Shown here: piece by piece, positions 1-12,647 of the stretch | Position numbering within the stretch: position 1 is the first letter of the stretch | How the letters are laid out: the number at the start of each line of letters is the position of its first letter | Source of the DNA: an uncultured delta proteobacterium | GTDB lineage: Bacteria > Desulfobacterota > Desulfobacteria > Desulfobacterales > Desulfosalsimonadaceae | Reading direction: 5' to 3' | NCBI GenBank assembly: GCA_963826785.1 | Contig: CAWGYD010000006.1 | Span: forward strand, 416,001-480,000 | DNA length: 64,000 nucleotides | The notes under the pieces: generated by a model | The model's database searches: none | What the model was told of the DNA's origin: nothing | What the model saw: only the letters and a program-made list of their open reading frames with translations | Made by a program: the position numbers and the translations under genes

Positions 1-50
1 GTGTCCGTCCATACAACATCTTTTTGCGCCAGGCCGCGCGTTTTCTCTTC

Positions 51-303
51 TTGAAATCGTAAAAATCATTGTACCCCGCTGCGCGGTAATTTCGCAGTCC
101 GGAACTGCGAATTTTACGCGTGCCGCGCCAGTACGACACCCCCCTGCCCCCCTCAAGGGGGGAATTTTAATTAAATATAAATTATTAGTTAATCCCCCCT
201 TGAGGGGGGCAGGGGGGTGTCCGGACCGGCGGAAGCAAAAAAATGCAATATTTTAACCGATTGACGAGTTACCCTTCCAAGGAAGCGCTATCGGATTCAA
301 AAT
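51..303. mobile_element. Composite MITE/REPIN-like element, copy A (contains the 135-221 hairpin)
   Basis: Sequence on both sides of the hairpin aligns by eye with 7191-7400 (tcgtaaaa..accccgctgcgYggt; gcggaaRcaaaa..ttgMcgagt..aagga(a)gcg..cggMttca). Ends are approximate. Confidence 0.55.
135..221. repeat. REPIN-like palindrome: perfect 29-bp inverted arms around a 29-bp AT-rich spacer
   Basis: gacacccccctgcccccctcaagggggga (135-163) and its exact reverse complement (193-221); each arm has an internal cccccc-tcaa-gggggg hairpin. Confidence 0.95.
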
Positions 304-562
304 GGATGCGGCCCTGGCCTGGACCTTATAACTATCGTTTATGGGTGAACACGATCGTGGATCCGGTTTTTGGCCGTTTCCGGCTGTTCAGGAGATTTGG
401 AAATCGGAAAAACATCAACCTCCTTTCACCCGCTTTCTCACCTTCTTGATCACCATCTCCGCTCTTGATTTTTTTAATCCCTCATGTTATTTAAATATTT
501 CAAATAAAATAACATTTATTCATTCGGCAGCCTGCCGGAAAAAGAATTGCGATAACGGTTAG

Positions 563-3040
<2,478 letters not shown>

Positions 3041-3058
3041 CCTGTGACACCCCATTGC

Positions 3059-3146
3059 GACACCCCCCTGCCCCCCTCAAGGGGGGAATTTACATTAAAT
3101 CTTATAGTTAATTATTCCCCCCTCGAGGGGGGGCAGGGGGGGTGTC
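3059..3146. repeat. REPIN-like palindrome, copy just downstream of gyrB
   Basis: Left arm identical to 135-163; AT-rich spacer; right arm has two G runs one base longer. Lies between convergent genes. Confidence 0.93.
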
Positions 3147-3147
3147 G

Positions 3148-3408
3148 CTACTGCAGCGTTGTCGGCAGGCGGGTGATTTTGTCGAAATAATCGGATTCAT
3201 CCTCGAATTCCAGGTAATGGGCCACCTGATCGAAGGCGATCACCGCCCGCAGACCGGAGGCCCAGTCATCCGAACTCTCCGGAATTTTTCCAACGATAAA
3301 TTTGCGCCCTTCAAATTCCTCTATCCGGGGATTCAATACGGCGATCCCGCCGATAAATTCTTTTGAAGAATCAATTAAATAGACCAGGATCAGTTTTCCT
3401 CTAAACAT
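3148..3408 (-). CDS. Small hypothetical protein (86 aa, MFRGKLILVYLID...)
   Basis: C-terminal part of ORF 3148..3753, starting 41 bp after the citrate synthase stop; protein-like composition. Confidence 0.65.
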   Translation of the reverse strand: MFRGKLILVYLIDSSKEFIGGIAVLNPRIEEFEGRKFIVGKIPESSDDWASGLRAVIAFDQVAHYLEFEDESDYFDKITRLPTTLQ

Positions 3409-3448
3409 ATCGTCGCGCCTGTTCGTAAATGTTGGTTCTTTTGAAATA

Positions 3449-4870
3449 TCAGTTTTGCTGTTCCGTACGGTTTTCCACGGGGACATACTTTTTGTTGAAC
3501 GCTCCCGTGTAAAGCGCCCGGGGCCGGAATATCCGGTTTTTTTCGATGTACTCCAACGCACGGGCCGTCCATCCGGCCACCCGGCTGGCGGCGAACAGGG
3601 GGGTGAACAGCTCTTCGTCCAGACCCAGACCGCTGTAAACCAGTCCGGAAAAAAAATCAACATTGGGAAATATTTTTTTCTCCCGGGACAGATGTGAGTC
3701 AGCCACGGTCTGCTCGAGCTTGTGGGCGATATCGAACAATTCCTTGCCCACATGATCTTTCTGGATCAAAAGTCTGGCCAGGGGTCCCAGCACCCGCGCG
3801 CGGGGATCGTAGGCCTTGTAAACCCGATGGCCGAATCCGCTGATCTTGCCCTTTTTTTCCAGTTTGTTTTTGACCCATGATTCCACCAGGTCGACCGAAC
3901 CGATCTCCTTTAGCGCCTTGATCACGGCTTCGTTGGCGCCGCCGTGAAGCGGTCCGCTCAGCGCCGCGATGCCCGACCCAACGGCAAAATAAATATCTGC
4001 CAGGGTGGAAGCCACCACCAGGGTGGAGAAGGTGCTGGCATTCATCCCGTGGTCTGCATGAAGGATCAGGGCGATATCCATGATCCGCTCCTGCATCGGA
4101 TCGGGTCTTTTGCCGGTGATCATGTAAAGGAGGTTGGCCGCATGGCTGAGATTCGGGTCCGGCTCGATGGGCAGACGGCCGTGGTGGATCCTGGATACCG
4201 CCCCGATGATGGTGGAAACGCCGGCAATCAGGTGATAGCAGGCCCCGATGGCGCTCTGCCGGGCCAGATTCCGCTCCTTCAGGTTGGCATTGAACCGTTT
4301 GCTTTCCTTGATTTTAAATTCATAGGTGGCCCGTTTGCTGCCCAGGGCAGGCGTTTCCATGGGGATGGAATCCTCATCCGAACCAATGGCCGTCTTGATC
4401 TTGGGCCGGCCGGCTTCCTTGTCCAGGTTTGTAAATTCCTGGCGCATCATGTTGGTGCCCAGACGAAGCGCCGCCATGGCGCTCATCTCCTCGATGTTAA
4501 ATCCCATCAGCAGCCGCAGGGTCGTGTTCAGATGCATGTAATTGTAAAGATTGGTCTTGTATTCGGCTAACTGTTGTGCATTCGGCAGCGCCCCGTGCAG
4601 GAGCAGATAGCAGACTTCTTCATAGGTGGCGTTTGCCGCCAGGTCGAAGATATCGTACCCCCTGTACACCAGCCATCCCTTGGCCCCGTTCACATATCCC
4701 ACGCTGCTTTCACAGGCGATGGCCCCCTCCAGACCCGGGCCCACCGTGCACTGAATCGGCCAGCTGGTTTTCTTCGGGCTTTCCGGTTCGGGTTCGCTGT
4801 GGGTTTCCCTGCGGGCCTGCTCTGCAGCATCCATGATAATTTTCTTGATGGTGTTCAATTCGGTTTTCAT
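3449..4870 (-). CDS. Citrate synthase / methylcitrate synthase family protein with N-terminal extension and internal insertion
   Basis: GLEG..YRGY, LHADHGMNAST, LSGPLHGGANE, GFGHRVYKAYDPR, PNVDFFSG, SRVAGW, RIFRPRALY. Confidence 0.92.
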   Translation of the reverse strand: MKTELNTIKKIIMDAAEQARRETHSEPEPESPKKTSWPIQCTVGPGLEGAIACESSVGYVNGAKGWLVYRGYDIFDLAANATYEEVCYLLLHGALPNAQQLAEYKTNLYNYMHLNTTLRLLMGFNIEEMSAMAALRLGTNMMRQEFTNLDKEAGRPKIKTAIGSDEDSIPMETPALGSKRATYEFKIKESKRFNANLKERNLARQSAIGACYHLIAGVSTIIGAVSRIHHGRLPIEPDPNLSHAANLLYMITGKRPDPMQERIMDIALILHADHGMNASTFSTLVVASTLADIYFAVGSGIAALSGPLHGGANEAVIKALKEIGSVDLVESWVKNKLEKKGKISGFGHRVYKAYDPRARVLGPLARLLIQKDHVGKELFDIAHKLEQTVADSHLSREKKIFPNVDFFSGLVYSGLGLDEELFTPLFAASRVAGWTARALEYIEKNRIFRPRALYTGAFNKKYVPVENRTEQQN

Positions 4871-5047
4871 GCTTGAAGACTCCTTTCCCCTGATGTGATA
4901 ATCTTAATTGATGAAACAAATATTGAAATTATCCATCTGAGATATTTAATTGAAACATAACATATACTATAAAATGGCATTTTAGGCAATTGTCAAAAAG
5001 GCCCCGTTTATAAGTGGCAAATCATTCGTAAATAGCGGCGGGTTGTC

Positions 5048-5584
5048 ATGATGATCTCTTGGCAGGAACTGTCGGTGAGCCGAACCCTGAAGCAGTTTGA
5101 CGATTTAAAGCGCGCGGTGATCGATACCTCGTCCTTGATTTATCTGGATAAAATCAAACTGCTCCATGAAACCCGCACCGCACTTGAGCTGATCACCGTA
5201 CCGGGTGTGGTGAAAGAATTTCAGCAGAAAGCACGCATTCAGGAATGGGCAGCGATTCGGGTGCACCCTGTGGATTGCGGGAATGGATGCACCACGGATT
5301 CAGCGCTTCTGGCTGCGGCCAAGGCATTGACCCTTCCGGTGATCTCGGAAGACCGCCAGCTCCTGATGAAAGCCCGGGCGGCGGAAATCCCCTATTTTAA
5401 CACGCTTATGATCATCTTTTTTCTTCTGTACCGAAAGACCATTCCCATCGATGTCTGTGAGGCGGCCGTAGATCATCTCGAGCGCACGGCCCGTTACGAT
5501 ACCCGTATTTTCGATTACGGCCGCCGGGTAAAACAGGCCATCACCGACTTGCATGCTTCAGAGAATAAGCCGATTACTTTATGA
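5048..5584 (+). CDS. PIN-domain-like protein
   Basis: VIDTSSLI ... VVKE ... TDSALL ... ISEDRQL acidic-residue pattern of PIN folds. Confidence 0.7.
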   Translation: MMISWQELSVSRTLKQFDDLKRAVIDTSSLIYLDKIKLLHETRTALELITVPGVVKEFQQKARIQEWAAIRVHPVDCGNGCTTDSALLAAAKALTLPVISEDRQLLMKARAAEIPYFNTLMIIFFLLYRKTIPIDVCEAAVDHLERTARYDTRIFDYGRRVKQAITDLHASENKPITL

Positions 5585-5694
5585 TTTTGAAATCAATGCA
5601 GGGATGTGTTAACGGTTTAACTTACTTTTGAACATAGACGGTTATGTAAAACAGACGAAAACTGTTCATCAAATAAATCAGTGAGGTATCGGTC

Positions 5695-7029
5695 ATGGAC
5701 AAAAAAACGGTTGCGATTGTCAAGTATGAAACGCCTGTCGAATCGGCCCGGAAAGTCATCACCCTGTGCGGCGGTTTGAACCACCTGCCGGCAAATGCGC
5801 ATGTGTTCATCAAACCCAATATCGTCTTCTGGACCAAGGCGGTGGCGTTTCCCAAATGGGGCGTGATCACCACATCCCGGCTCATCGAGGATATGGTGAT
5901 CCTGCTGAAGGAGCACGGCGTCGAGCACATCACCATCGGCGAGGGGATCGTCACCGGGGACCCCAAAGACCGGGAAACCCCCGCCCATGCATTCAAAACC
6001 CTGGGATACGAAGCATTGAACAAGCGCTACGGGGTCAATTTCATCAACGTGTTCGACCGGCCCTTCGAAAAGGTGGACCTTGGCGGCGGCGTGGAACTCA
6101 AGTTCAATACCGACATCCTCCACAGCGATTTTGTGGTCGATATGCCGGTGATGAAGGCGCACAACCAGACCGTGGTGAGCCTGGGGATCAAGAATCTCAA
6201 GGGAACCATCGACGTCAATTCCCGGAAGAAATGCCACAGCGAAGATCCGGAAAAAGATCTCAATTACATGATTTCCCGGCTGGCGGACAAGATGCCGCCC
6301 ATGCTGACGCTCATCGACGGCATTTATTCCAATGAGCGCGGTCCGGCCTTTGACGGCCGCATGCACCGGTCCAACCTGCTGGTGGCCTCGCCGGATTTCC
6401 TGTCCGCGGACCTGGTGGGGGCCAACGTGCTGGGATACACAGCCGACCAGGTCCCCCACCTGGTCCATGCCGCGGCCAATCACAACCGGCCCCTGGACTT
6501 GTCCGATATCGAGGTCAAAGGGGAAACCATAGAAAGCGTGGCCCGGTTCCACCAGCATAATTTTGAGTATGCACAGGCCGAGGACGGCTCCTGGATGCCC
6601 CTGCCCCTGGCCAAACAGGGAATCCAGGGCGTCAGCTACCGCAAGTACGACCTGTCCATGTGCACCTACTGCTCGGGAATCAACGGCCTGATCCTGACTG
6701 CCATCCGGTACGCCTGGCAGGGCAAGCCCTTTGACAAGGTGGAGGTGCTCACCGGCAAGCACATGGAGCCCACCCCGGGAATGAACAAGACCATCCTGAT
6801 GGGCAAATGCATCTACCAGAAACACAAGAACAATCCGGCCATCAAGGAGATGTTTTCGGTCAAGGGATGCCCGCCCAAGGCCGAAGACGTGGTCAAGGCC
6901 TTTCACGAGGCCGGAATTCCCGTGGATAAGAACATGTTCGATAACATGGACCAGCTCCCCGGATTCTTCATGTCCCGCTACGAGGGAAAGCCCGAATTCG
7001 ACGAAGGGTACTTCAGGGTGGCCGAGTAG
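5695..7029 (+). CDS. DUF362-family Fe-S protein
   Basis: IKPNIV, IGEG, PVMKAH, SLGIKNLKG, LIDGI..GP; C-terminal CTYC, GKC and KGCPP Cys motifs. Confidence 0.85.
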   Translation: MDKKTVAIVKYETPVESARKVITLCGGLNHLPANAHVFIKPNIVFWTKAVAFPKWGVITTSRLIEDMVILLKEHGVEHITIGEGIVTGDPKDRETPAHAFKTLGYEALNKRYGVNFINVFDRPFEKVDLGGGVELKFNTDILHSDFVVDMPVMKAHNQTVVSLGIKNLKGTIDVNSRKKCHSEDPEKDLNYMISRLADKMPPMLTLIDGIYSNERGPAFDGRMHRSNLLVASPDFLSADLVGANVLGYTADQVPHLVHAAANHNRPLDLSDIEVKGETIESVARFHQHNFEYAQAEDGSWMPLPLAKQGIQGVSYRKYDLSMCTYCSGINGLILTAIRYAWQGKPFDKVEVLTGKHMEPTPGMNKTILMGKCIYQKHKNNPAIKEMFSVKGCPPKAEDVVKAFHEAGIPVDKNMFDNMDQLPGFFMSRYEGKPEFDEGYFRVAE

Positions 7030-7088
7030 CCGCAATTTTCATTTCGCATTCAAGCGATGCGCCGGCCGAATCGCCGGCGCCGGCGTAT

Positions 7089-7129
7089 ATCCCCGATCCT
7101 TATTAGAGCAGGATCGGGGATTTTTTTTT
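7089..7129 (+). terminator. Rho-independent terminator
   Basis: atccccgatcct-loop-aggatcggggat followed by a T run, downstream of the DUF362 gene. Confidence 0.85.
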
Positions 7130-7190
7130 CATCGAGGTCATCGCCGCCCCGGCATGACAGATCCGCCAGAAAGGCTATTCTTTAGATAAT

Positions 7191-7400
7191 CCGGATAAAT
7201 TCGTAAAAGGCGCCCGACCCCGCTGCGTGGTGTTTTTACAGATGGAACCTTCGAATCGTAACGGCAGCCGCTGGCACGCCCCCTTTTAATTCCCCCCTCG
7301 AGGGGGGCGAAGGGGGGTGTTGGGCCTGCGGAAACAAAAGAATACTGTTATTTAAACGCAACCGTTGCCGAGTCAAAAAGGAGCGTACGGCTTCATCAAT
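7191..7400. mobile_element. Composite MITE/REPIN-like element, copy B (internally deleted; keeps one arm at 7289-7321)
   Basis: Begins gataaattcgtaaaa and ends tacggcttcatcaa; colinear with 51-303; single arm attcccccctcgaggggggcgaaggggggtgtt. Confidence 0.55.
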
Positions 7401-7435
7401 ACAGTTGATGGGAAATTGAAAGAGAGGGCCTTGGG

Positions 7436-8083
7436 ATGAAAAAAATTTTGATCTGCATCTGTCTGGTATCACTGCTGTTAATGTGCGCGTGCTCCAGTAT
7501 GTATTACAATACCATGGAAAAATTTGGTTATCCCAAGCGCGATATCCTGGTCGACCGGGTGGAAGCGGCGGCCGATGCCCAGGCCAGTGCCCAGGAACAG
7601 TTTCAATCCGCCCTGGACCAGTTCACGTCGGTGGTGCAAGTGGAGAATACCGAACTGAAGCAGGCATATGAAAAATTAAACGATGCCTATGAGAACAGCA
7701 GGCAATCGGCCCAGCGGGTGTCATCGCGCATCGACAGCGTGGAATCGGTGGCCGATGCCCTGTTCGATGAATGGGAAGACGAACTCGACCGCTATCAAAG
7801 CCCCGAGCTGAAACGGATCAGCGCCCGGCGGCTGGAAGAAACCCGTGTGCAGTACCGGAAGATGCTTTCCAGCATGCGGCGGGCGGAGAAAAGCATGCAG
7901 CCGGTGCTGGAAAAATTCGAAGACAATGTCTTATTTTTAAAACACAACCTCAACGCTCAGGCAATCGGATCATTGAAAACCGAGTTTTCGGGGCTCAAGG
8001 GCGATATCGCAGACTTGATCGACCAGATGAACACCTCCATAGAAACATCCAATGCCTTTATTTCAAGTCTGCAGCAGAAATAG
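7436..8083 (+). CDS. DUF2959-like coiled-coil lipoprotein
   Basis: Lipobox (CAC-SS), YYNTMEKFG.PKRDILVDRV, LFLKHNLNAQAI. Confidence 0.85.
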   Translation: MKKILICICLVSLLLMCACSSMYYNTMEKFGYPKRDILVDRVEAAADAQASAQEQFQSALDQFTSVVQVENTELKQAYEKLNDAYENSRQSAQRVSSRIDSVESVADALFDEWEDELDRYQSPELKRISARRLEETRVQYRKMLSSMRRAEKSMQPVLEKFEDNVLFLKHNLNAQAIGSLKTEFSGLKGDIADLIDQMNTSIETSNAFISSLQQK

Positions 8084-8118
8084 CCGGGTGAAAGATCCGC
8101 TTGCTTAAACGGAAAAAT

Positions 8119-8913
8119 TCAATCCGCCAGTCCGGCCCAGGTGAAGATGCTATTTCCGGTCAGGGCCGTGCAGGTCCGGGCGGTGGTGACGGTTTGTTCA
8201 TGAAAGACGTTCATCAGCACCATGCTCAGACCGGATGCGGCCAGCATGGGCAGGAAGGTGCGCTCCAGGAGACGCCGCTTGCCCATGGGGCCGCCGCCGG
8301 TGGTCAAATTGGACAGGCCGGCGATGGTGCGCACCGGAAATCCCAGCAGATCGGGCAGTTGGTGGATAACGGAGAGGATTTCCCGATTGTGGTGCAGACC
8401 GTTTTCCCAGATGACCGGGGCGATGACCGGGTCGATGATCAGCGCCGAATTCTCCAGTCCGGCCGTTCGGAAGGCATCGTAAAGATCGAGGGCGATGGCC
8501 AGGGCGTCCGACGCGTCCACCGGCACGTGGGAATTGGGATAAAGCAGGTATCCGATGATGTCGGCCGCATGGGTTTTGGCCAGGGGCAGGATGTGGGCGA
8601 TTTTTTCCGGCTCCAGTGAGAACCCGTTGATCACAGGAGGCTTGCGGCATGCCTTCAACCCCGCTTCCAACGCCCGGGGATTGGTCGAATCCAGCATCAG
8701 GGGCAGGTCCGTGGCGGCCTGGACCGCCTCCACCAGAAAAACCATCTTCTTTTCGGGATCACGGGAAAGCGGCCCCGAATTGATGTCGATCCAATCCGCC
8801 CCGGCCGCCGCACAGGCTTTGGCCATGGCCATGACCGGTTCCGGGTCGAAGTTTTCCACTGCCGCCGCAATCTCAGGACGCGTGATCTGAAGGTTGTCCG
8901 CCGCCACGATCAT
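8119..8913 (-). CDS. Pterin-binding TIM-barrel protein (AcsE / dihydropteroate synthase family)
   Basis: GADWIDINSG, PLMLDSTN, VING, IIDPVI, AGLSNL. Confidence 0.8.
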   Translation of the reverse strand: MIVAADNLQITRPEIAAAVENFDPEPVMAMAKACAAAGADWIDINSGPLSRDPEKKMVFLVEAVQAATDLPLMLDSTNPRALEAGLKACRKPPVINGFSLEPEKIAHILPLAKTHAADIIGYLLYPNSHVPVDASDALAIALDLYDAFRTAGLENSALIIDPVIAPVIWENGLHHNREILSVIHQLPDLLGFPVRTIAGLSNLTTGGGPMGKRRLLERTFLPMLAASGLSMVLMNVFHEQTVTTARTCTALTGNSIFTWAGLAD

Positions 8914-9210
8914 TTGAATTCAAAATCCTCTAATAGAAAGCTTCTGCCGATTCGAAACTTGCCGGTGCAGCGTTTTTTCCCGTAAACCCAAAACGCGAAA
9001 AGAACGCGAATAAAATGGGAATTGCGTTGAAAGCAAATCCTATGCTACATAGTGGCAAACCAAAAGTATTTTTTGCCGGTAAATACCTTCTGTCCGAAAA
9101 ATAACACCGGCACCGCTCTTTTCCATCGGATAGGGATCCATCTCCCGACAATCCCCGCTCTTTTACTGCGGGATTCACGTTTTTTCAACCCTTCAAAAAG
9201 GATGCCGCTT

Positions 9211-9699
9211 ATGAAAATTGGTTTCCGCAATACCGATCTGTACGCATGTATCCTGGTTTCGATGATTTTGCCGCTCCTGGTGATGTCAATTGTGCCGGCG
9301 GCTGCCGAAGACCGGTTTGTAAATAACGGGGACGGGACCATAACAGACCTGCAGAGCGGCCTGATGTGGGAAAAAGCGGTGGCGCCTTTGAAAAAGAATG
9401 TGGACGGGGCCGTTCAATATACCCGGGAATGCTGCCTGGGGGATCACAGGGACTGGCGGCTGCCCACCCGGGATGAGTTGTTTGCCCTGGGAAAGGTATG
9501 CCAGACACCCCTGATGCGGGTCCGGTACGGCGAATACCTCACCGCCAGCGGCGGCATCGAGGAGGGCGGCGGGGTTTTTGTCGTGGGGATCTACCCGGAA
9601 AACAAGGTCACTTCCGATTATCAGAAGACCCGGGATAAACGGTTCATGTACTACATCTGGCTGGTGAGGGACGTAAAAGAAGAAACGTTAAAGGAATAG
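9211..9699 (+). CDS. Secreted DUF1566 (Lcl-type) domain protein
   Basis: Signal peptide, then RFVNNGDGTITDLQSGLMWE and DWRLPTRDEL. Start chosen by RBS. Confidence 0.8.
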   Translation: MKIGFRNTDLYACILVSMILPLLVMSIVPAAAEDRFVNNGDGTITDLQSGLMWEKAVAPLKKNVDGAVQYTRECCLGDHRDWRLPTRDELFALGKVCQTPLMRVRYGEYLTASGGIEEGGGVFVVGIYPENKVTSDYQKTRDKRFMYYIWLVRDVKEETLKE

Positions 9700-9703
9700 C
9701 GGC

Positions 9704-10141
9704 ATGGAAAGGCAAAAAACCCGGATAAAAAAGCTGCTTGCCGGCATCTGCCTGGCCGTTCTGCTGTCCTGCCCCGCAGGCGCGCGGGACGAAAACGGGC
9801 TCAAAGTGGATGTGTTGGCCAAATCGATTTCAAGCTGGGACGGCCAGATTCTCCCCGAATATCCAGTAGGCCAGCCGGAGATCACCATTTTGAAAATCAA
9901 GATTCCGGCCGGGGCCACCCTGCCGCTGCACGAGCATCCGGTCATCAATGCGGGGGTGCTGGTGAGCGGAAAGTTGACCGTGGTGACGGAAGACAAAAAA
10001 ATCCTCTATCTCAAAGCCGGCGATTCGATTGTTGAAGTGGTGAACACCTGGCATTACGGGAAAAACGAAGGGGATGTGCCGGCCGAGATCATCGTCTTCT
10101 ATGCGGGGGTGCAGGGGGAGCCCGTCACGGTCAAGAGATAA
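9704..10141 (+). CDS. Secreted cupin-domain protein
   Basis: Signal peptide; LPLHEHPVINAG, EVVNTWHYGKN. Confidence 0.85.
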   Translation: MERQKTRIKKLLAGICLAVLLSCPAGARDENGLKVDVLAKSISSWDGQILPEYPVGQPEITILKIKIPAGATLPLHEHPVINAGVLVSGKLTVVTEDKKILYLKAGDSIVEVVNTWHYGKNEGDVPAEIIVFYAGVQGEPVTVKR

Positions 10142-10349
10142 AGCAAATCGGCCGCCACCGCTTGGATGACGGCCGATTTGAATATAGCTTTTTTACGTCC
10201 TGTTACCGTGTTGCTTTGTCGGACATGGCAGACACCAGGGCTTCCGGATCTCCGCTTAAAAAAAGCGGCTTCCACATCATCGGCGGCGCTTTTGAGCTGG
10301 GCCGTTTCTCCGGGAAAAGCGCCGCCGCCCTCGTCATCACCCCCGCCGC

Positions 10350-12231
10350 TTATTTCCGCTGGAACTCGTCCACCGACGCATGGGGGGTCAAGTCACTGTA
10401 GCTGTAATCTTCCTTATAGGTGTTGGTCACTTCCCCCTCCGCGTCATAGCATGTCTCGATTTCTTCCCACACCACGCTGGCCGTGGCCTGGCTTGTTTTT
10501 GAATCGTTGAAGAAAAATCCGGAGGAATGCTTTCCGGCCAGGGTGAAACTGCCGTTTACCCGTTGAAAGCCGGTTTTAATGCATGATCCGGAAGGGTACT
10601 CCCATTTGGCATCCGTCGACCAGGTCCCTTTAATCTCGAGGCGGTTGTCGAGGTAGGTGCCCGATCCCTTGATGTGATGGGTGACGGTGTGGGTATCGGA
10701 AAGATTGATCAGATAACGCGGATCGGCAAAGGTATAATCGACGGTAACCCTGCCGTCCGCACCGACGGTTGCCGGTACCCAGTCGTCGATGCGGATGACA
10801 TTGGCCGGATAATATTCGTTGTTCCGGTCATCGAACCAGAGCAGCATCTCCCAGTTGGCCGTCAGGGCCGGCTTCTTTTTTTCGGAGGCCACCGTAATGC
10901 CGCCGAAATGGATTTGTGCAGACACTTCCTTTCCTTCAGGAACCCCCGGGATATCCCCCTCGAAATCGCCGCCGTCGGCTTCCACTGTGGCGATTTTGTC
11001 CCAGTCCATGAAAATATCCACCGGACCGGTATAATAAATGGGGGTTTGGTATTCATCATCGGTGGTATGGGTGACGGTTCCCCGGATATAGCCCTCATTG
11101 GTGTCGATTTCCTCGATTTCAACTTTCAGCTGGGGAATAAACAGCCGCATGAGGTGGACCCCCCCTTCCAGGATATTGGGGATCAGCACGTCGGCCTGGG
11201 AATCGGCGCAGTCGCTGTCGATGTAGGGATAGCCGCGAAACCAGAAATAACTGTGATCCTTGCACATCTTGACTTTGGTGCCGCTGGAAAACGTCTTGTA
11301 GAAGGTAAATTCTTCCGCTATGTATTCCAATCCGCCCAGCTTGGGCTGGGGATAGGCCGGCTGATCGTCGATAATGGGACTGATCTGTTCCACCCCCATG
11401 CCGGAGATGGTCTGATTGGTGAAAAAATTCTCATTGGTGAAAACGGACAGGGTTTCAAACAGGTCTTCCGCCCGGACCGCGTTTGAAAAGGCGGTTTTCA
11501 GGCCCGGCTCGGCCGGCCCGTCCTTTTTCAGGGTCACCACGGATGCGGCCATATAAGATTCATACGGATCCGGGTCTCCCATTACCCCCAGGGCCATGGA
11601 AGGCGCATGGCTGTCATTTCGCACATGCACCGGGCACCCCATGTCCGCCAGCAGGTGCATGGTTTCCCCCAGGCAGCGGTATGCTTTGGCCATGTGGCCG
11701 TCCCGGAGCTTCGTGTCCGGTTCTTCCAGGGCTTTTTTCATGTAGTCGAGGCCGTTTAGCCAGCTCCAGGCGTTTTCGTGGGTCGGAGATGGCCCAGCTC
11801 TTGGCGTCAATGCCGGGATTTGCCGCCAGGCCTTCCCAATAGGTGCCCCGGTTGGTCAAATACCGCTTGCCGTCGTTTATGCCCTGGGGATCATAGAAGT
11901 GGCGCAGGGCCGCAAACACCTCGGGCTCATCGGCGGCGTATCCGCCGTGCTTGACCCATTCTTTGGGGGTCTTGGACTCGTTTTTGACCTCGATATCCCA
12001 GTTGCCGGGCTTGGTCACGGCAGGACCCGTAAATTCCGCATTGCCGTCAAACACGAAAATGTAATTGGCAAATTTCGATGCAGGGGTCGAAGCGTTGACC
12101 CTGGCTTCGAACTTGTCCACCACCGTGCCGTTGATGGTGGGATGGGTCCCCACGTTGTTATAGGCGACCACCACGGTAATCACCGCCAGCAGAACAAGTG
12201 CCGGAATCGCAAAGCATAACGTTTTTTTCAT
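10350..12231 (-). CDS. Secreted protein with Zn-dependent phospholipase C / S1-P1 nuclease-like N-terminal domain (apparent +1 frameshift ~11780)
   Basis: Joining ORFs 11614..12231 and 10350..11810 gives a signal peptide, YNNVGTH, DEPE, HFYDP, HLLADMGCPVH and DPYE. Confidence 0.65.
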
Positions 12232-12242
12232 GTCGCTCTCCT

Positions 12243-12647
12243 TTAAAACCGCGTCATTTTCCACGTGCCATCCTGTTGACGGGCGAAGGCGACGGTGTAG
12301 GTTTCGTTATTGGATGTAAATGCATACTCGGCGTAATTTTCGGTGGCATAGATCAGCTTCCGGGTCTTGAAATCGTTTCCGAAGGCGACCATGTCGGGTG
12401 CGATGATCTCGATACCGTCCCCGTAAAAGGCCCGGGATTCGGGAGACAGGGCGGTGAGCACGTTTGCGGGAACGCCGCTGACAAAGGCTGCCTCCACCTC
12501 AGCTGCGGCCGTTTTCATTTCGGCGGTTTCCCCCGGGGTCGCGGCGCCTCCGCCGGCTGCGTCATCGCCTCCTCCGCTCCCGCCGCCGCAGGCGGGGAGC
12601 GACAGCAGCATGCATGTGAAAATGATCAAAGCCCTCAACGTGTTCAT
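12243..12647 (-). CDS. Small lipoprotein
   Basis: Lipobox LPAC, Gly-rich linker; 12 bp upstream of the next gene. Confidence 0.8.
   Translation of the reverse strand: MNTLRALIIFTCMLLSLPACGGGSGGGDDAAGGGAATPGETAEMKTAAAEVEAAFVSGVPANVLTALSPESRAFYGDGIEIIAPDMVAFGNDFKTRKLIYATENYAEYAFTSNNETYTVAFARQQDGTWKMTRF

Noticed and set aside
164..192. IHF site in the REPIN spacers (BIME-1/RIP analogy)
   Set aside because: None of the three spacers matches WATCAANNNNTTR exactly; only loose AT-rich resemblance.
5617..7035. Long antisense ORFs (also 31497-32633, 51326-52666, 52266-53636, 60287-61591 and others)
   Set aside because: Shadows of well-supported genes in GC-rich DNA, with no motifs of their own.
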